In this document: positions 19,956-29,144 of the stretch, in pieces
How positions within the stretch are numbered: position 1 is the stretch's first letter
Layout: each line of letters starts with the position of its first letter
Origin: Ignavibacteria bacterium
Lineage (GTDB): Bacteria > Bacteroidota > Ignavibacteria > Kapaibacteriales > UBA961
Reading direction: 5' to 3'
Assembly (NCBI GenBank): GCA_947491315.1
Contig: CANLII010000003.1
Location: forward strand, 7,970 to 71,969
DNA: 64,000 bases
The notes under the pieces: model-generated
What the model saw: only the letters and a program-made list of their open reading frames with translations
Database searches by the model: none
What the model was told of the DNA's origin: nothing
Made by a program: the position numbers and the translations under genes

Positions 19956-21419
19956 TCAGAATTTCGGATACCAAAGTATCGTCAATCGCGGCAGTGAATA
20001 AAATGTTGAGAGTTCAATATTTCCCCAATCTTTGTATTTCTGTTCATTGGGCAAATTGATGGTATCATTCTTACTTTCAAAGTCCAAACGCCATTCAGCA
20101 ATTGGAATAATCATGCCAAATGAAGTTGGGATATTCACCATGAAACCAGCGCCAGCATTAAATGTAAGTTGACTATTATCATTGAATAGAACATTGGTTG
20201 AATGAATTCTCTTCGATTGAAAATTGATGCCACCCAATGCAAAGAATGCAACCTTACTTCGAGGATTGGCGACTGCTCGGGCAGTTATATTGAGTACCGT
20301 ATAGACATCGGGATCTGTCGGCGTTCCGGCAACAGGCAATGCATTCTTTAGTTTTGCATTATTTCTGGTATGTAAGAATCCGCCTTCAAGCATCAAGAAT
20401 TCGAGTGGATTATAAGCAACACTAAAACCAAATGCAGGATTTCCGTCCCATGAGCGCGTATCCCTTCTCTCGGGTCTGTCTATGTCCGTCAGTGTTTCGA
20501 CGATTGTATTTGTTGCAAGTGAAGGTCCAAATCCAATAAATCTTGCATATGGATTTATTTCTATTGATTGCACTTGCTCTTCAGTGTCTTCCTCATTTCG
20601 GTCATCTTGCGCGATGATTGGAAATATTGAAAGCCCAAAAAGAAAGACTATGAGGAATAGTGGAAGTTTAAATAAAGACTTTGCATTGCTGCTTGTCATG
20701 GTGATTATCTCCTCGAAAGTGAGTGCATGTATATCAGCTAATTTTTGTGCTATAAAACGAACAAACTGGGGTTCATTTCTTTTGCCACGATGTGGAACCG
20801 GAGTCATATACGGTGAATCGGTTTCAATCATGATTCTATCCAAAGGAGTTGCTCGAACAATCTCATCCAATATACTTTTCTTATAGGTGATATTTCCGGT
20901 GAAGGAAATATGAAAACCGAGATCCAAAGCTTTGTGAAGCATTGTCAAGTCCGAAGAGAAACAATGAAGCACTCCTTTGAGTTCACCTGTCTGCTCCTCT
21001 TGTAATATCTCAAGCATGTCATCATCTGATTCACGATTATGAATGATCACGGGCAAATCATGTGCTTTTGCGATATGCAATTGTTTGCGAAAGACATCCT
21101 TTTGCACATCTTTTGGCGCAAAATCATAATAATAATCCAGTCCGATTTCACCAACAGCTTTCACTTTTGACATCGAAAGTGAAGAAACAATGCGTTCTTC
21201 CACCTCAAGTGAATAGTCATTTGCATTATGCGGATGAACGCCCATACCGCAGTATATGTTTTCATACTTATTACAAATGGACAAAACTCCATCATAACGA
21301 TTGGGTTCAATTGCGGGAATGATAATTGCGTTGACACCATTCGCAAAAGCTTGTGCTATCATCTGATCACGATCTTCATCGAAGGCATCGGCATCAATGT
21401 GTGCATGCGTGTCTATCAA
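19956..21419 (-). CDS. tatD: TatD-family metal-dependent hydrolase fused in frame to a signal-peptide-like segment and an outer-membrane beta-barrel domain
   Basis: Residues 1-255 are TatD (MIDTHAHIDADAF...SNAKSLFKL). They run without a stop into KLPLFLIVFLFGLSIFPIIAQDD, which resembles a signal peptide. A ~220 aa beta-barrel-like domain follows and ends ...ILWYPKF. Confidence 0.7.
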   Translation of the reverse strand: MIDTHAHIDADAFDEDRDQMIAQAFANGVNAIIIPAIEPNRYDGVLSICNKYENIYCGMGVHPHNANDYSLEVEERIVSSLSMSKVKAVGEIGLDYYYDFAPKDVQKDVFRKQLHIAKAHDLPVIIHNRESDDDMLEILQEEQTGELKGVLHCFSSDLTMLHKALDLGFHISFTGNITYKKSILDEIVRATPLDRIMIETDSPYMTPVPHRGKRNEPQFVRFIAQKLADIHALTFEEIITMTSSNAKSLFKLPLFLIVFLFGLSIFPIIAQDDRNEEDTEEQVQSIEINPYARFIGFGPSLATNTIVETLTDIDRPERRDTRSWDGNPAFGFSVAYNPLEFLMLEGGFLHTRNNAKLKNALPVAGTPTDPDVYTVLNITARAVANPRSKVAFFALGGINFQSKRIHSTNVLFNDNSQLTFNAGAGFMVNIPTSFGMIIPIAEWRLDFESKNDTINLPNEQKYKDWGNIELSTFYSLPRLTILWYPKF

Positions 21420-21922
21420 CGATTCTTACCCAAATATTCAATATGTATCTGTCTTTCTTCCTCCTGATCAGGCAAGGTCTTGATCGTGACTCTCCAGTCT
21501 GTTTTAGGCATTCCTGATCCTGCTTTTTCGGGCCATTCAACAAATTTGATCACATTCTCATCGCTCATACATTCGGAAAATCCAATCTCTAGCAATTCTT
21601 TCTCATCCTGAATTCGGTATAAATCAATATGATATAATGCAATTTCAGTATCCTCGGGACTTGTTCCGATATATTGATTCATGATTGTGAATGTAGGACT
21701 AGACACTATATCATGTACCAAGTAATATGCACAAACACCTCGTACGAATTCGGTTTTTCCTGCACCTAAATCACCCGCGAGTGTTATGATATCACCTGCC
21801 GATAATTTCTCCGCAAATCGTTTTCCGATAGATCGAGTTTCTTCTTCCGAATAAGTGTGGTAGCTATCTGCTTCCATGCGCATGCACTGATTGTGAAACA
21901 AAATGAGAGAGGGACAAATCAA
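21416..21922 (-). CDS. tsaE: tRNA threonylcarbamoyladenosine biosynthesis protein TsaE
   Basis: P-loop LAGDLGAGKTEFVRGV and the TsaE-specific downstream region. The start is probably an internal Met (MRMEADS, about 21883). It overlaps tatD by 4 bp. Confidence 0.8.
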   Translation of the reverse strand: MICPSLILFHNQCMRMEADSYHTYSEEETRSIGKRFAEKLSAGDIITLAGDLGAGKTEFVRGVCAYYLVHDIVSSPTFTIMNQYIGTSPEDTEIALYHIDLYRIQDEKELLEIGFSECMSDENVIKFVEWPEKAGSGMPKTDWRVTIKTLPDQEEERQIHIEYLGKNR

Positions 21923-21938
21923 TGAATTGTCCCGAGCT

Positions 21939-23513
21939 TTAGCGAGGTTCCAATGTGATAACAGGCAAAATCATTTCTTCAAGTGAAATTCCACCATGCT
22001 GAAAACTATCACGATATTTCTGTACATAATGATTGAAATCTGTTGGATACACAAAATAAGTATCTTCTTTAGCAATGATATAATTGGTGGAAGAAGTGTG
22101 TTCTGGTAATTTATAATGCTCAGGATTTTTGATTGTCATTGCATTTTTGGCATCAGACTTCACATTTTTTCCATGCTTGAAGCGAAGATTTGTGGATGTC
22201 TCGCGATCACCATGAGCTTTCACGGCATGCATGCAACGAACAGAACCATGATCGGTTGTGATCACGATATTGATGTCTTTGTACTGAGATAAAGTCCGAA
22301 GCATTCCCAAAAATGATGAATGCTTGAACCATGATTTTGTAAGTGAGCGATAAGCGGATTCATCTGGCGCGATTTCCTTGAGAATTGGATAATCGGATCG
22401 AGAATGTGCAATCATGTCCACCGCATTCACCACAATCGCAGTGAGATGATTTCGAGTATATCGCTGTATGTCATTCTCGATTCTTTTTCCATAATCCGTA
22501 TCAATGATCTTGACATAAGATAGCTCGTTTTTGAGTTCGACTCTTCTGCGTTTGAGCAATGCCGCCAGCAATTCTTTTTCATGTGAGTTTTGACTGTGTT
22601 CACTCACACCCGGCACATCGCCTTTCCAATAATTGGGATAATGCTTTTTGATGTCGTCGGGAAAGAGTCCAGCAAAAATCGCATTTCTTGCATAGGGAGT
22701 TGCCGTTGGAATGATGGAACAGTAATAATCTTTCTGCACGGTATAATACGGTCTGATGAGATCTTCCATCATCAACCATTGATCGAGTCGCATGCAGTCA
22801 ATCACAAAGAAGAATGTTGGTTTGCCATTTGACAATTTTGGAATAACAAATTTGTCGGCAATATGAGGAGATAGTTTTGGTGCAGATGAATCATCACCCC
22901 TGAGCCATGATTCATAATTATTCTCAATAAATTTTCCGAATTCGGCATTGCACTCTCGCCATTGATCCTTAAGCGTCTGTTGAAAACCAAGCTCAGGATG
23001 CAAGTCAAGTTCAATGCTCCAATTCACCATTTTTAAATACACATCCAACCAATCGGACCAATCCATGAAGCCATGAAGTCTGCGTGCGATTTCTGTAAAT
23101 CCCTGCAAATAATCATGAGTGATTTTTTCCTCTGCGATGCGTCTGGATTCAAGGAATTTCTTGCAGGCAGCAAGAATTTGTGCGGGATTTACTGGTTTGG
23201 TGAGATAATCATCAATCTTTTCGCCGATTGCTTGCTCCATCAATGATTCAGCTTCATTTTTTGTGACCATCACAACAGGCATTGAAGGATCTATGTCTTT
23301 GAGTACAGATAATGTTTCAAGACCAGACATTCCAACCATTGATTCATCAAGAAAAACCAAATCATAGGAAGTGTTGGAGGCAAGTTCAATGGCGTCTTCA
23401 CCATTGGTGGCAGTTTCTACATCATAACCGCGTTGCTTGAGAAGTATGATATGCGGCTTGAGAAGCTCAATCTCATCATCAATCCACAGTATGCGCTTTT
23501 TTGATTGTTCCAT
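21939..23513 (-). CDS. porX: PorX-like orphan response regulator (receiver domain plus PglZ/alkaline-phosphatase-like domain)
   Basis: N-terminal receiver domain (ILWIDDEIELLKPHIILLKQRGYDVETATNGEDAIEL...DLVFLDESM...PVVMVTK) followed by ~390 aa of PglZ-type domain. This is the architecture of the type IX secretion regulator PorX. Confidence 0.7.
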   Translation of the reverse strand: MEQSKKRILWIDDEIELLKPHIILLKQRGYDVETATNGEDAIELASNTSYDLVFLDESMVGMSGLETLSVLKDIDPSMPVVMVTKNEAESLMEQAIGEKIDDYLTKPVNPAQILAACKKFLESRRIAEEKITHDYLQGFTEIARRLHGFMDWSDWLDVYLKMVNWSIELDLHPELGFQQTLKDQWRECNAEFGKFIENNYESWLRGDDSSAPKLSPHIADKFVIPKLSNGKPTFFFVIDCMRLDQWLMMEDLIRPYYTVQKDYYCSIIPTATPYARNAIFAGLFPDDIKKHYPNYWKGDVPGVSEHSQNSHEKELLAALLKRRRVELKNELSYVKIIDTDYGKRIENDIQRYTRNHLTAIVVNAVDMIAHSRSDYPILKEIAPDESAYRSLTKSWFKHSSFLGMLRTLSQYKDINIVITTDHGSVRCMHAVKAHGDRETSTNLRFKHGKNVKSDAKNAMTIKNPEHYKLPEHTSSTNYIIAKEDTYFVYPTDFNHYVQKYRDSFQHGGISLEEMILPVITLEPR

Positions 23514-23729
23514 TATCTAATACTCCATTATTCCTTGATACATACATGAATCATTGCAGTATGATTTCAGTATCAATTTGTGTGATATTGAATTGTCTCG
23601 CAATAAAAATGGTCTCAAGATGTATGGCGGCCTAAGAATAATGGAAAAAGATGTGTGCAAATATCGGATTATGAAAGGCAATCCCCAAATAAAGTCGGAA
23701 GTAGAGAGCTAGACCTCCGAGTAAAATAA

Positions 23730-24887
23730 TTATTGTAGAAACTCCTTTGCCAGATTTCTTGCCTCACGATCCGCTTCATCAATTTGATGAATGTCAGGAT
23801 TGTCAATGATGGACATCTTTTCTAATACTTTTTCGATGATTTGGGGTATTTGTAGAAAACTTGCCTTGTTTTCTAAAAAGTATTGAACTGCAATTTCATT
23901 CGCGGCATTCAGAACCGCAGGAGCGGTACCTCCAGTTTTCATGGCATCATATGCCAATTGCAGACATGGAAAACGCTCTGTATCTGGTTTGAAGAAGGAT
24001 AAGTTTCCGGCTGTGAGCAAATCTAATTTGGGTAAATCTGCATTTCTTCTTTCAGGATGAAACAATGCATAGATGATTGGTACACGCATATCAGGCGTGC
24101 CAAGTTGCGCTTTGATGGATGTATCACCGAATTGCACGAGTGAATGTATGATGCTTTGTGGATGAATCACCACTTCGATTTGTTCGGGCGTGAGATCAAA
24201 GAGCCAGCAAGCTTCAATGACTTCGAATCCTTTATTCATGAGCGTTGCGGAATCAATCGTGATTTTCTGACCCATCACCCAATTCGGATGTTTGAGGGCT
24301 TGCTCTCTGGTGATTGAATGAAATGCATTTTTTTCTAATTCACGAAATGGACCACCCGATGCTGTCAATATAATTTTGTCGATCATTGATCGTTCCTCGC
24401 CTGCCATGCATTGCAGAATGGCGCTATGCTCACTGTCAACAGCCAGTATAGGTACTTGCTTTTCTTCTGCAGATTTCATCACGATGGAACCTGCGCTCAC
24501 AAGCGTTTCTTTATTTGCTAGTGCAATTGTTGCGCCTTGTTCGATTGCGGCTAATGTTGGTGCTACTCCGCTGAAGCCAACCAATGCCTGCATGACGATG
24601 TCATTGTCGGGATGACTCGCCGCTGCAATCACTCCTTCTTCACCACATAGTATCTCGCCTTTGAATGAAGTGGTATTCCTGAATTCTTTCCATGCATTTT
24701 CATTGCTGATTGCAACTGCTTTGGGATTGAATTCTCGGATTTGAGCTTCCAATTCCTTGATACGAGTATTTGCGGTGAGAACATTGATGAAAAAATCATC
24801 TTTGAATTGTCTGACGATGTCTAAAGTTTGAGTCCCAATGGAACCGGTTGAGCCGAGTATTGTGAGAGTTCTCAAATTTTTCCTCAA
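23730..24887 (-). CDS. dxr: 1-deoxy-D-xylulose 5-phosphate reductoisomerase
   Basis: LTILGSTGSIGTQTLD NADPH-binding motif and full-length Dxr colinearity (385 aa). Confidence 0.9.
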   Translation of the reverse strand: MRKNLRTLTILGSTGSIGTQTLDIVRQFKDDFFINVLTANTRIKELEAQIREFNPKAVAISNENAWKEFRNTTSFKGEILCGEEGVIAAASHPDNDIVMQALVGFSGVAPTLAAIEQGATIALANKETLVSAGSIVMKSAEEKQVPILAVDSEHSAILQCMAGEERSMIDKIILTASGGPFRELEKNAFHSITREQALKHPNWVMGQKITIDSATLMNKGFEVIEACWLFDLTPEQIEVVIHPQSIIHSLVQFGDTSIKAQLGTPDMRVPIIYALFHPERRNADLPKLDLLTAGNLSFFKPDTERFPCLQLAYDAMKTGGTAPAVLNAANEIAVQYFLENKASFLQIPQIIEKVLEKMSIIDNPDIHQIDEADREARNLAKEFLQ

Positions 24888-25879
24888 TTAAATGGTAGCC
24901 ATTGGAATCGCACTGCGGGTACGATTGCCGGTGCGGTGAACATTGCCAATCCTGCATCCATCGAATACCGATCATTGTTCAATCGCAGGCCGATGAATCC
25001 CGCTGAATTTCTGGGACGCATGATATCTGCACACCAAAGTTCTGCCAATACGCGAGTATCATGTCTGGAAAACAAGCGAATGTCAAAACCCAATCCGAAA
25101 CCCAATGCACCATCATTGAAATTGATGATGCCTGAACCCCATCTGCCTGCATTTGCTTCATAAACATTTTCAGAACCTGTCTTGAAAAAGAGAGCAGTGG
25201 TCAATATTGTTCTTGGCATGTGAAAAGAACCAATCATATAGGCATGTTGGATGAGATTCGCACTATTCGCATAGATGAGAGAATAACCACCAGCGAGACT
25301 ATAATGTCCGGGAATATTTTCCTGCTCTTCTTCGTAAAAAGTGTATTTCACATTCACATGCTTACCTTGCTCATCGAATGATAATCCGGGGATGAATGTC
25401 ATGCCACCATTTACGGAAATACCTTCATAGCCATAGCCTGCCTGAACAAAAGCCAATTGCGTGATTGATACATAGGAATCCAATCCAATGGGATCTGCTG
25501 TTGGCATGAAATACAATGATGATTGCTGCCTATATGCACGACGAATTGTTCGAATATGCGCAATTTCATCTGAATAGAGTGTGATGTCTCCAATCATTGC
25601 TTTTACGATGATGGATTCAATAATCGTGGAATCTTCCCTGATTGTATTCTCACCTTTTTCTTTGTACTGACCTGTAAGAATATCTCCATTGGCCAATCTA
25701 AATCTATAAGAATTATCTTTCTTCAATTTGATCGAAGTGAATGGTTCATTTGTGAATATGTCTTCATCGGCATGCAATGTGATTGCACAGCATAGTATCA
25801 TCATGAGTAATGATGCGATGAATTTCATCCCAAAACTCCGGATGAACCACGAGAATGTGAATAGGCAAGTTGACCACAA
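24884..25879 (-). CDS. hypothetical exported protein, probably an outer-membrane beta-barrel
   Basis: Internal Met followed by a signal peptide (MKFIASLLMMILCCAITLHA), alternating amphipathic strands, and a C-terminal ...RFQWLPFN. The start is probably around 25831. It overlaps dxr by 4 bp. Confidence 0.45.
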   Translation of the reverse strand: MWSTCLFTFSWFIRSFGMKFIASLLMMILCCAITLHADEDIFTNEPFTSIKLKKDNSYRFRLANGDILTGQYKEKGENTIREDSTIIESIIVKAMIGDITLYSDEIAHIRTIRRAYRQQSSLYFMPTADPIGLDSYVSITQLAFVQAGYGYEGISVNGGMTFIPGLSFDEQGKHVNVKYTFYEEEQENIPGHYSLAGGYSLIYANSANLIQHAYMIGSFHMPRTILTTALFFKTGSENVYEANAGRWGSGIINFNDGALGFGLGFDIRLFSRHDTRVLAELWCADIMRPRNSAGFIGLRLNNDRYSMDAGLAMFTAPAIVPAVRFQWLPFN

Positions 25880-26958
25880 GCGGCATCAATGTCGAGTCCG
25901 CTGGATGAGCGTATCATCACTGTGACATCTTCTTCACGCAATGCTTTGATGAATGCATGAAATGTGGATTCTGGAGCTGGTTTGAGTGATGCGGAAATTC
26001 CTTCGGGCGCAGTGAATTCAATCGTGTGAAAAGGAATGACATTCACTTTTGAAGGGAATCTTCTCGTGATTTTTGCAAGTCGCATCACATCTTCCATGCT
26101 ATCATTGAAGCCATCGAATAAGATATACTCAAATGTGATCGGCTTCCTGGTTTTTTGATAGTAATACTCCAAAGCATCACCGAGTTCTTTGAGTGAGTAT
26201 TTATTCGCGATGGGCATAATGGCTTCTCTTTGACCCTGCGTTGTTCCATGTAATGATAATGCTAATTTCATTTGCTTTGCCTCATCAGCCATGCGAACTA
26301 TGCCGGGTACAATCCCTGCTGTTGAAAGTGTGATATGCTTTGCAGTGATGAGTCCGATTTCCGGATTGGTGAGAATGTCGACGGCTTTCATGACATTATC
26401 ATAATTCAACATTGGTTCACCCATTCCCATGAAAACGATATTGGTGATATCAGTTCCACAAATTTCTCTGGCTTTCATGTATTGATCTACAATCTCAGCG
26501 GGTGCAAGATTGCGCTTCAATTTGAGAGTTGCGGTGGCACAAAATGCACAACCCAAAGCACAACCGACTTGCGTTGAAATACAAAGCGTACGGCGTTTTG
26601 GCATTCCTTCTTCATTTATCATTTCACTTGGAATCATGACGGTTTCCACTGCTGTTTCATCGAGCAGTGAGAAGAGCATTTTCTGTGTTCCATCCTGCGA
26701 AACATGTATCTCCTTGACGGTTAAAGAATGATGATCTTCTCCGAATTTTTCTTTGAGTGTATTTCTGACATCTTTCGGCAATGTTGAGATGGCATCAAAA
26801 GAAAATGATGATTCATGATTCCTGGCATAGAGCGCATGAAAAACCTGTTTCCCTCGATATGCAGGAAATCCCATGTTTTTCATGATACCAATCAAATCCT
26901 CGGAAGTAAAATTTCCGATGCATGACATAGCTGGATGTGAATCATTGAGTTGTTTCAT
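25825..26958 (-). CDS. rlmN: 23S rRNA m2A2503 / tRNA m2A37 methyltransferase RlmN (radical SAM)
   Basis: Radical-SAM CxxxCxxC region (GCALGCAFCAT) and the RlmN N-terminal FRGKQ motif (AYRGKQVFHALY). Confidence 0.9.
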   Translation of the reverse strand: MKQLNDSHPAMSCIGNFTSEDLIGIMKNMGFPAYRGKQVFHALYARNHESSFSFDAISTLPKDVRNTLKEKFGEDHHSLTVKEIHVSQDGTQKMLFSLLDETAVETVMIPSEMINEEGMPKRRTLCISTQVGCALGCAFCATATLKLKRNLAPAEIVDQYMKAREICGTDITNIVFMGMGEPMLNYDNVMKAVDILTNPEIGLITAKHITLSTAGIVPGIVRMADEAKQMKLALSLHGTTQGQREAIMPIANKYSLKELGDALEYYYQKTRKPITFEYILFDGFNDSMEDVMRLAKITRRFPSKVNVIPFHTIEFTAPEGISASLKPAPESTFHAFIKALREEDVTVMIRSSSGLDIDAACGQLAYSHSRGSSGVLG

Positions 26959-27031
26959 ATTGCAGATGGTATAGAAACAAAACCGGCGAGAGGGAAAACC
27001 TCACGCCGGCAGAATGCAATTCTATACAGTA

Positions 27032-28921
27032 TTAGTTTCTAGGTGTTTCAACAAAAATTTGAACGGTTCTTGAGAGAACTCGACCGGTTGCATTTTCATT
27101 AGTGAAAATTTCAACATCTTCTCCACGACCAAACACTTCATATCTATTGTCAGGTGAAATGGATTCAAGAATTGTTCGAACCGCATTTGCTCTATTCGAT
27201 GCGAGATTGCGATTATAGAGAGGAGCACCGATGCGATCGGTATATCCAAAAATTCTGACAGTAGAATTACCTTTGATGACCGGACCAACTTTCTTTTTGA
27301 GAATCTCTGCATTTTCACTGGAGATCTCTGATTTATCGAAATCAAATAAGATCAAAGAAAACTTTGTTACTGTCATGTCTTTGCTTTGTTCGACGGAAGG
27401 CATGACGCTGGACATATAATCGATTGGAATGGAACCGGATACATTCGAAATATTTCCATCTGATTTTGTCATCGACAATGTATAATCAATTGGTACTTGA
27501 GCACTGGAAAGATCATTTGGACGAATCACCCAACGCTGAGGGGTGGGATTGCCCACACCAACCAATTCTCTCAAAGAACGATCTGCTTGAGTGATATTTA
27601 ATGTCCAAGAATTTACTGATGAACTATCAATATTCTTAGGTCTGAATTCGAGTAACTCTGGTTTTGTCCAACGCGTTTCATCACCACGAATTGCAATCGG
27701 CTCAAGAATGTCTGCATGAGAAGATTTAAGTGTCACTCTTCTGTTTTCACTCATTCCGTCTTTTTGATTGACCGCAGTTGGCACATCAGGTAAAGCTCTT
27801 GAACTTGTTGCAATACGACTTTCATTTATACTATAAAGTTTTGTCAGATAGTCTTTCACATGCTGCGCGCGACGCATCGCCAATCCTTTGTTTTTGGACT
27901 CAGACTTTCCATCTATTGAACCAATGAGACTTAGTGAAGCATCGGGATTATTCAACATGCGAAGACCTATGATATCCATTGTTCGCTTATTAATTTCAAT
28001 CGCATCTTGAGGCAATGTTTCAAGTGTGAATTCACCACGAGCATCACCACGACTTGAGAATTGTAAAGCAGGATCGGGTTTATCACTGTTTTGATCGAAG
28101 AAAATAAATGGTATGAATGGATACATTTCTGAGTATTGAATATCCTCGACTTTTAAACCATTTTCCAATACGCGATAATCTCCACCATCATTGTAATAGC
28201 CAACTTCCATGATTGTATTTTCAGTTGGAATAGGAGGTTTTGGCTTTGAAGCTTTTGCAGGTCCAAGCGTGATTGAAACTCCGATGCGAAGTTGATCTAT
28301 TGTCCAAGGAGAGAATGCCCGTTCTGTGCTGAAATTACCAATGACTTTGCGATATGTGATTTCAGGTGTTATGGTATAATCCCATGCCTTCATTGGAATT
28401 CCGGCTCCGATGATGACCGCAAAACGATCTGTTGTTCCGGGGATCGAAGAATATACCGTTGAAGAATCAACTCCGCCAAGATTCTCGGAATATTCACTTG
28501 TCAAACGACTTCCATATTCAAGTCCTGCGATGAGATATCCAGGGCTGTCTGAAAAAATTCCATTGATTTTCAAGGCCGGAGAAAACTCCAACATGGTGAT
28601 TGAACTTGTCAAAGTATTTTGAGAATTAGTACCCAAATCTTGAACTAAGTCTGCTCCCATTCCATGAATGCCGAGTCTGCCGGTTAAACGGAACATCTCG
28701 CTGAGATCATAATCCGCAAAGCCACCCACATGAAATGCCATCGAGGAGGATGAAGCGGTATATCTACCGGATGAAGTTGTAGTGACATTAGGTGAGTGGA
28801 AATTATAGTTCAATCCACCATAGATACCGAACTCAAAAGACTTATTCAGTGATTTGGAATTCTGTGCGGAAATGTTTGCCGCAGCAAACAAAACAAGGAG
28901 AGTCAAATAAAGTGATCTCAT
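27032..28921 (-). CDS. OmpA-family outer-membrane protein (beta-barrel N-domain plus OmpA-like peptidoglycan-binding domains)
   Basis: Signal peptide MRSLYLTLLVLFAAANISAQ, taken from an internal start at 28921 (the track ORF starts at 29008). The C-terminal OmpA_C motif is TDRIGAPLYNRNLASNRANAV. A second OmpA-like segment is NKGLAMRRAQHVKDYL. Confidence 0.75.
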   Translation of the reverse strand: MRSLYLTLLVLFAAANISAQNSKSLNKSFEFGIYGGLNYNFHSPNVTTTSSGRYTASSSSMAFHVGGFADYDLSEMFRLTGRLGIHGMGADLVQDLGTNSQNTLTSSITMLEFSPALKINGIFSDSPGYLIAGLEYGSRLTSEYSENLGGVDSSTVYSSIPGTTDRFAVIIGAGIPMKAWDYTITPEITYRKVIGNFSTERAFSPWTIDQLRIGVSITLGPAKASKPKPPIPTENTIMEVGYYNDGGDYRVLENGLKVEDIQYSEMYPFIPFIFFDQNSDKPDPALQFSSRGDARGEFTLETLPQDAIEINKRTMDIIGLRMLNNPDASLSLIGSIDGKSESKNKGLAMRRAQHVKDYLTKLYSINESRIATSSRALPDVPTAVNQKDGMSENRRVTLKSSHADILEPIAIRGDETRWTKPELLEFRPKNIDSSSVNSWTLNITQADRSLRELVGVGNPTPQRWVIRPNDLSSAQVPIDYTLSMTKSDGNISNVSGSIPIDYMSSVMPSVEQSKDMTVTKFSLILFDFDKSEISSENAEILKKKVGPVIKGNSTVRIFGYTDRIGAPLYNRNLASNRANAVRTILESISPDNRYEVFGRGEDVEIFTNENATGRVLSRTVQIFVETPRN

Positions 28922-29144
28922 GAATTTTCTTTTTCCTAAAATGCGAGAAATGAGGGTTTTGAAGGTTTGCCCCGCTATTTTTCTTGTACAAAAATGGTGA
29001 ATTGTCATGAATTTTCTAACGATTGTCTTTGCTCAAATCGTTTAATCCATTGTATTTGCACAAAAACCCTTCTGAAATTCTCAAAAGGGTCTCTGTGATT
29101 TGGGAGGGGAAAAGGAGTATAACTCCTTTCTTTCTGCAATCGGA

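Noticed and set aside
29009-29144. Hairpins in the ccoNO/OmpA spacer (ACCCTT...AAGGGT and AAGGAG-TATAA-CTCCTT)
   Set aside because: The stems are short (5-7 bp) with no clear T-run on the relevant strand. The first could be a weak ccoNO terminator. There is not enough evidence to annotate either.
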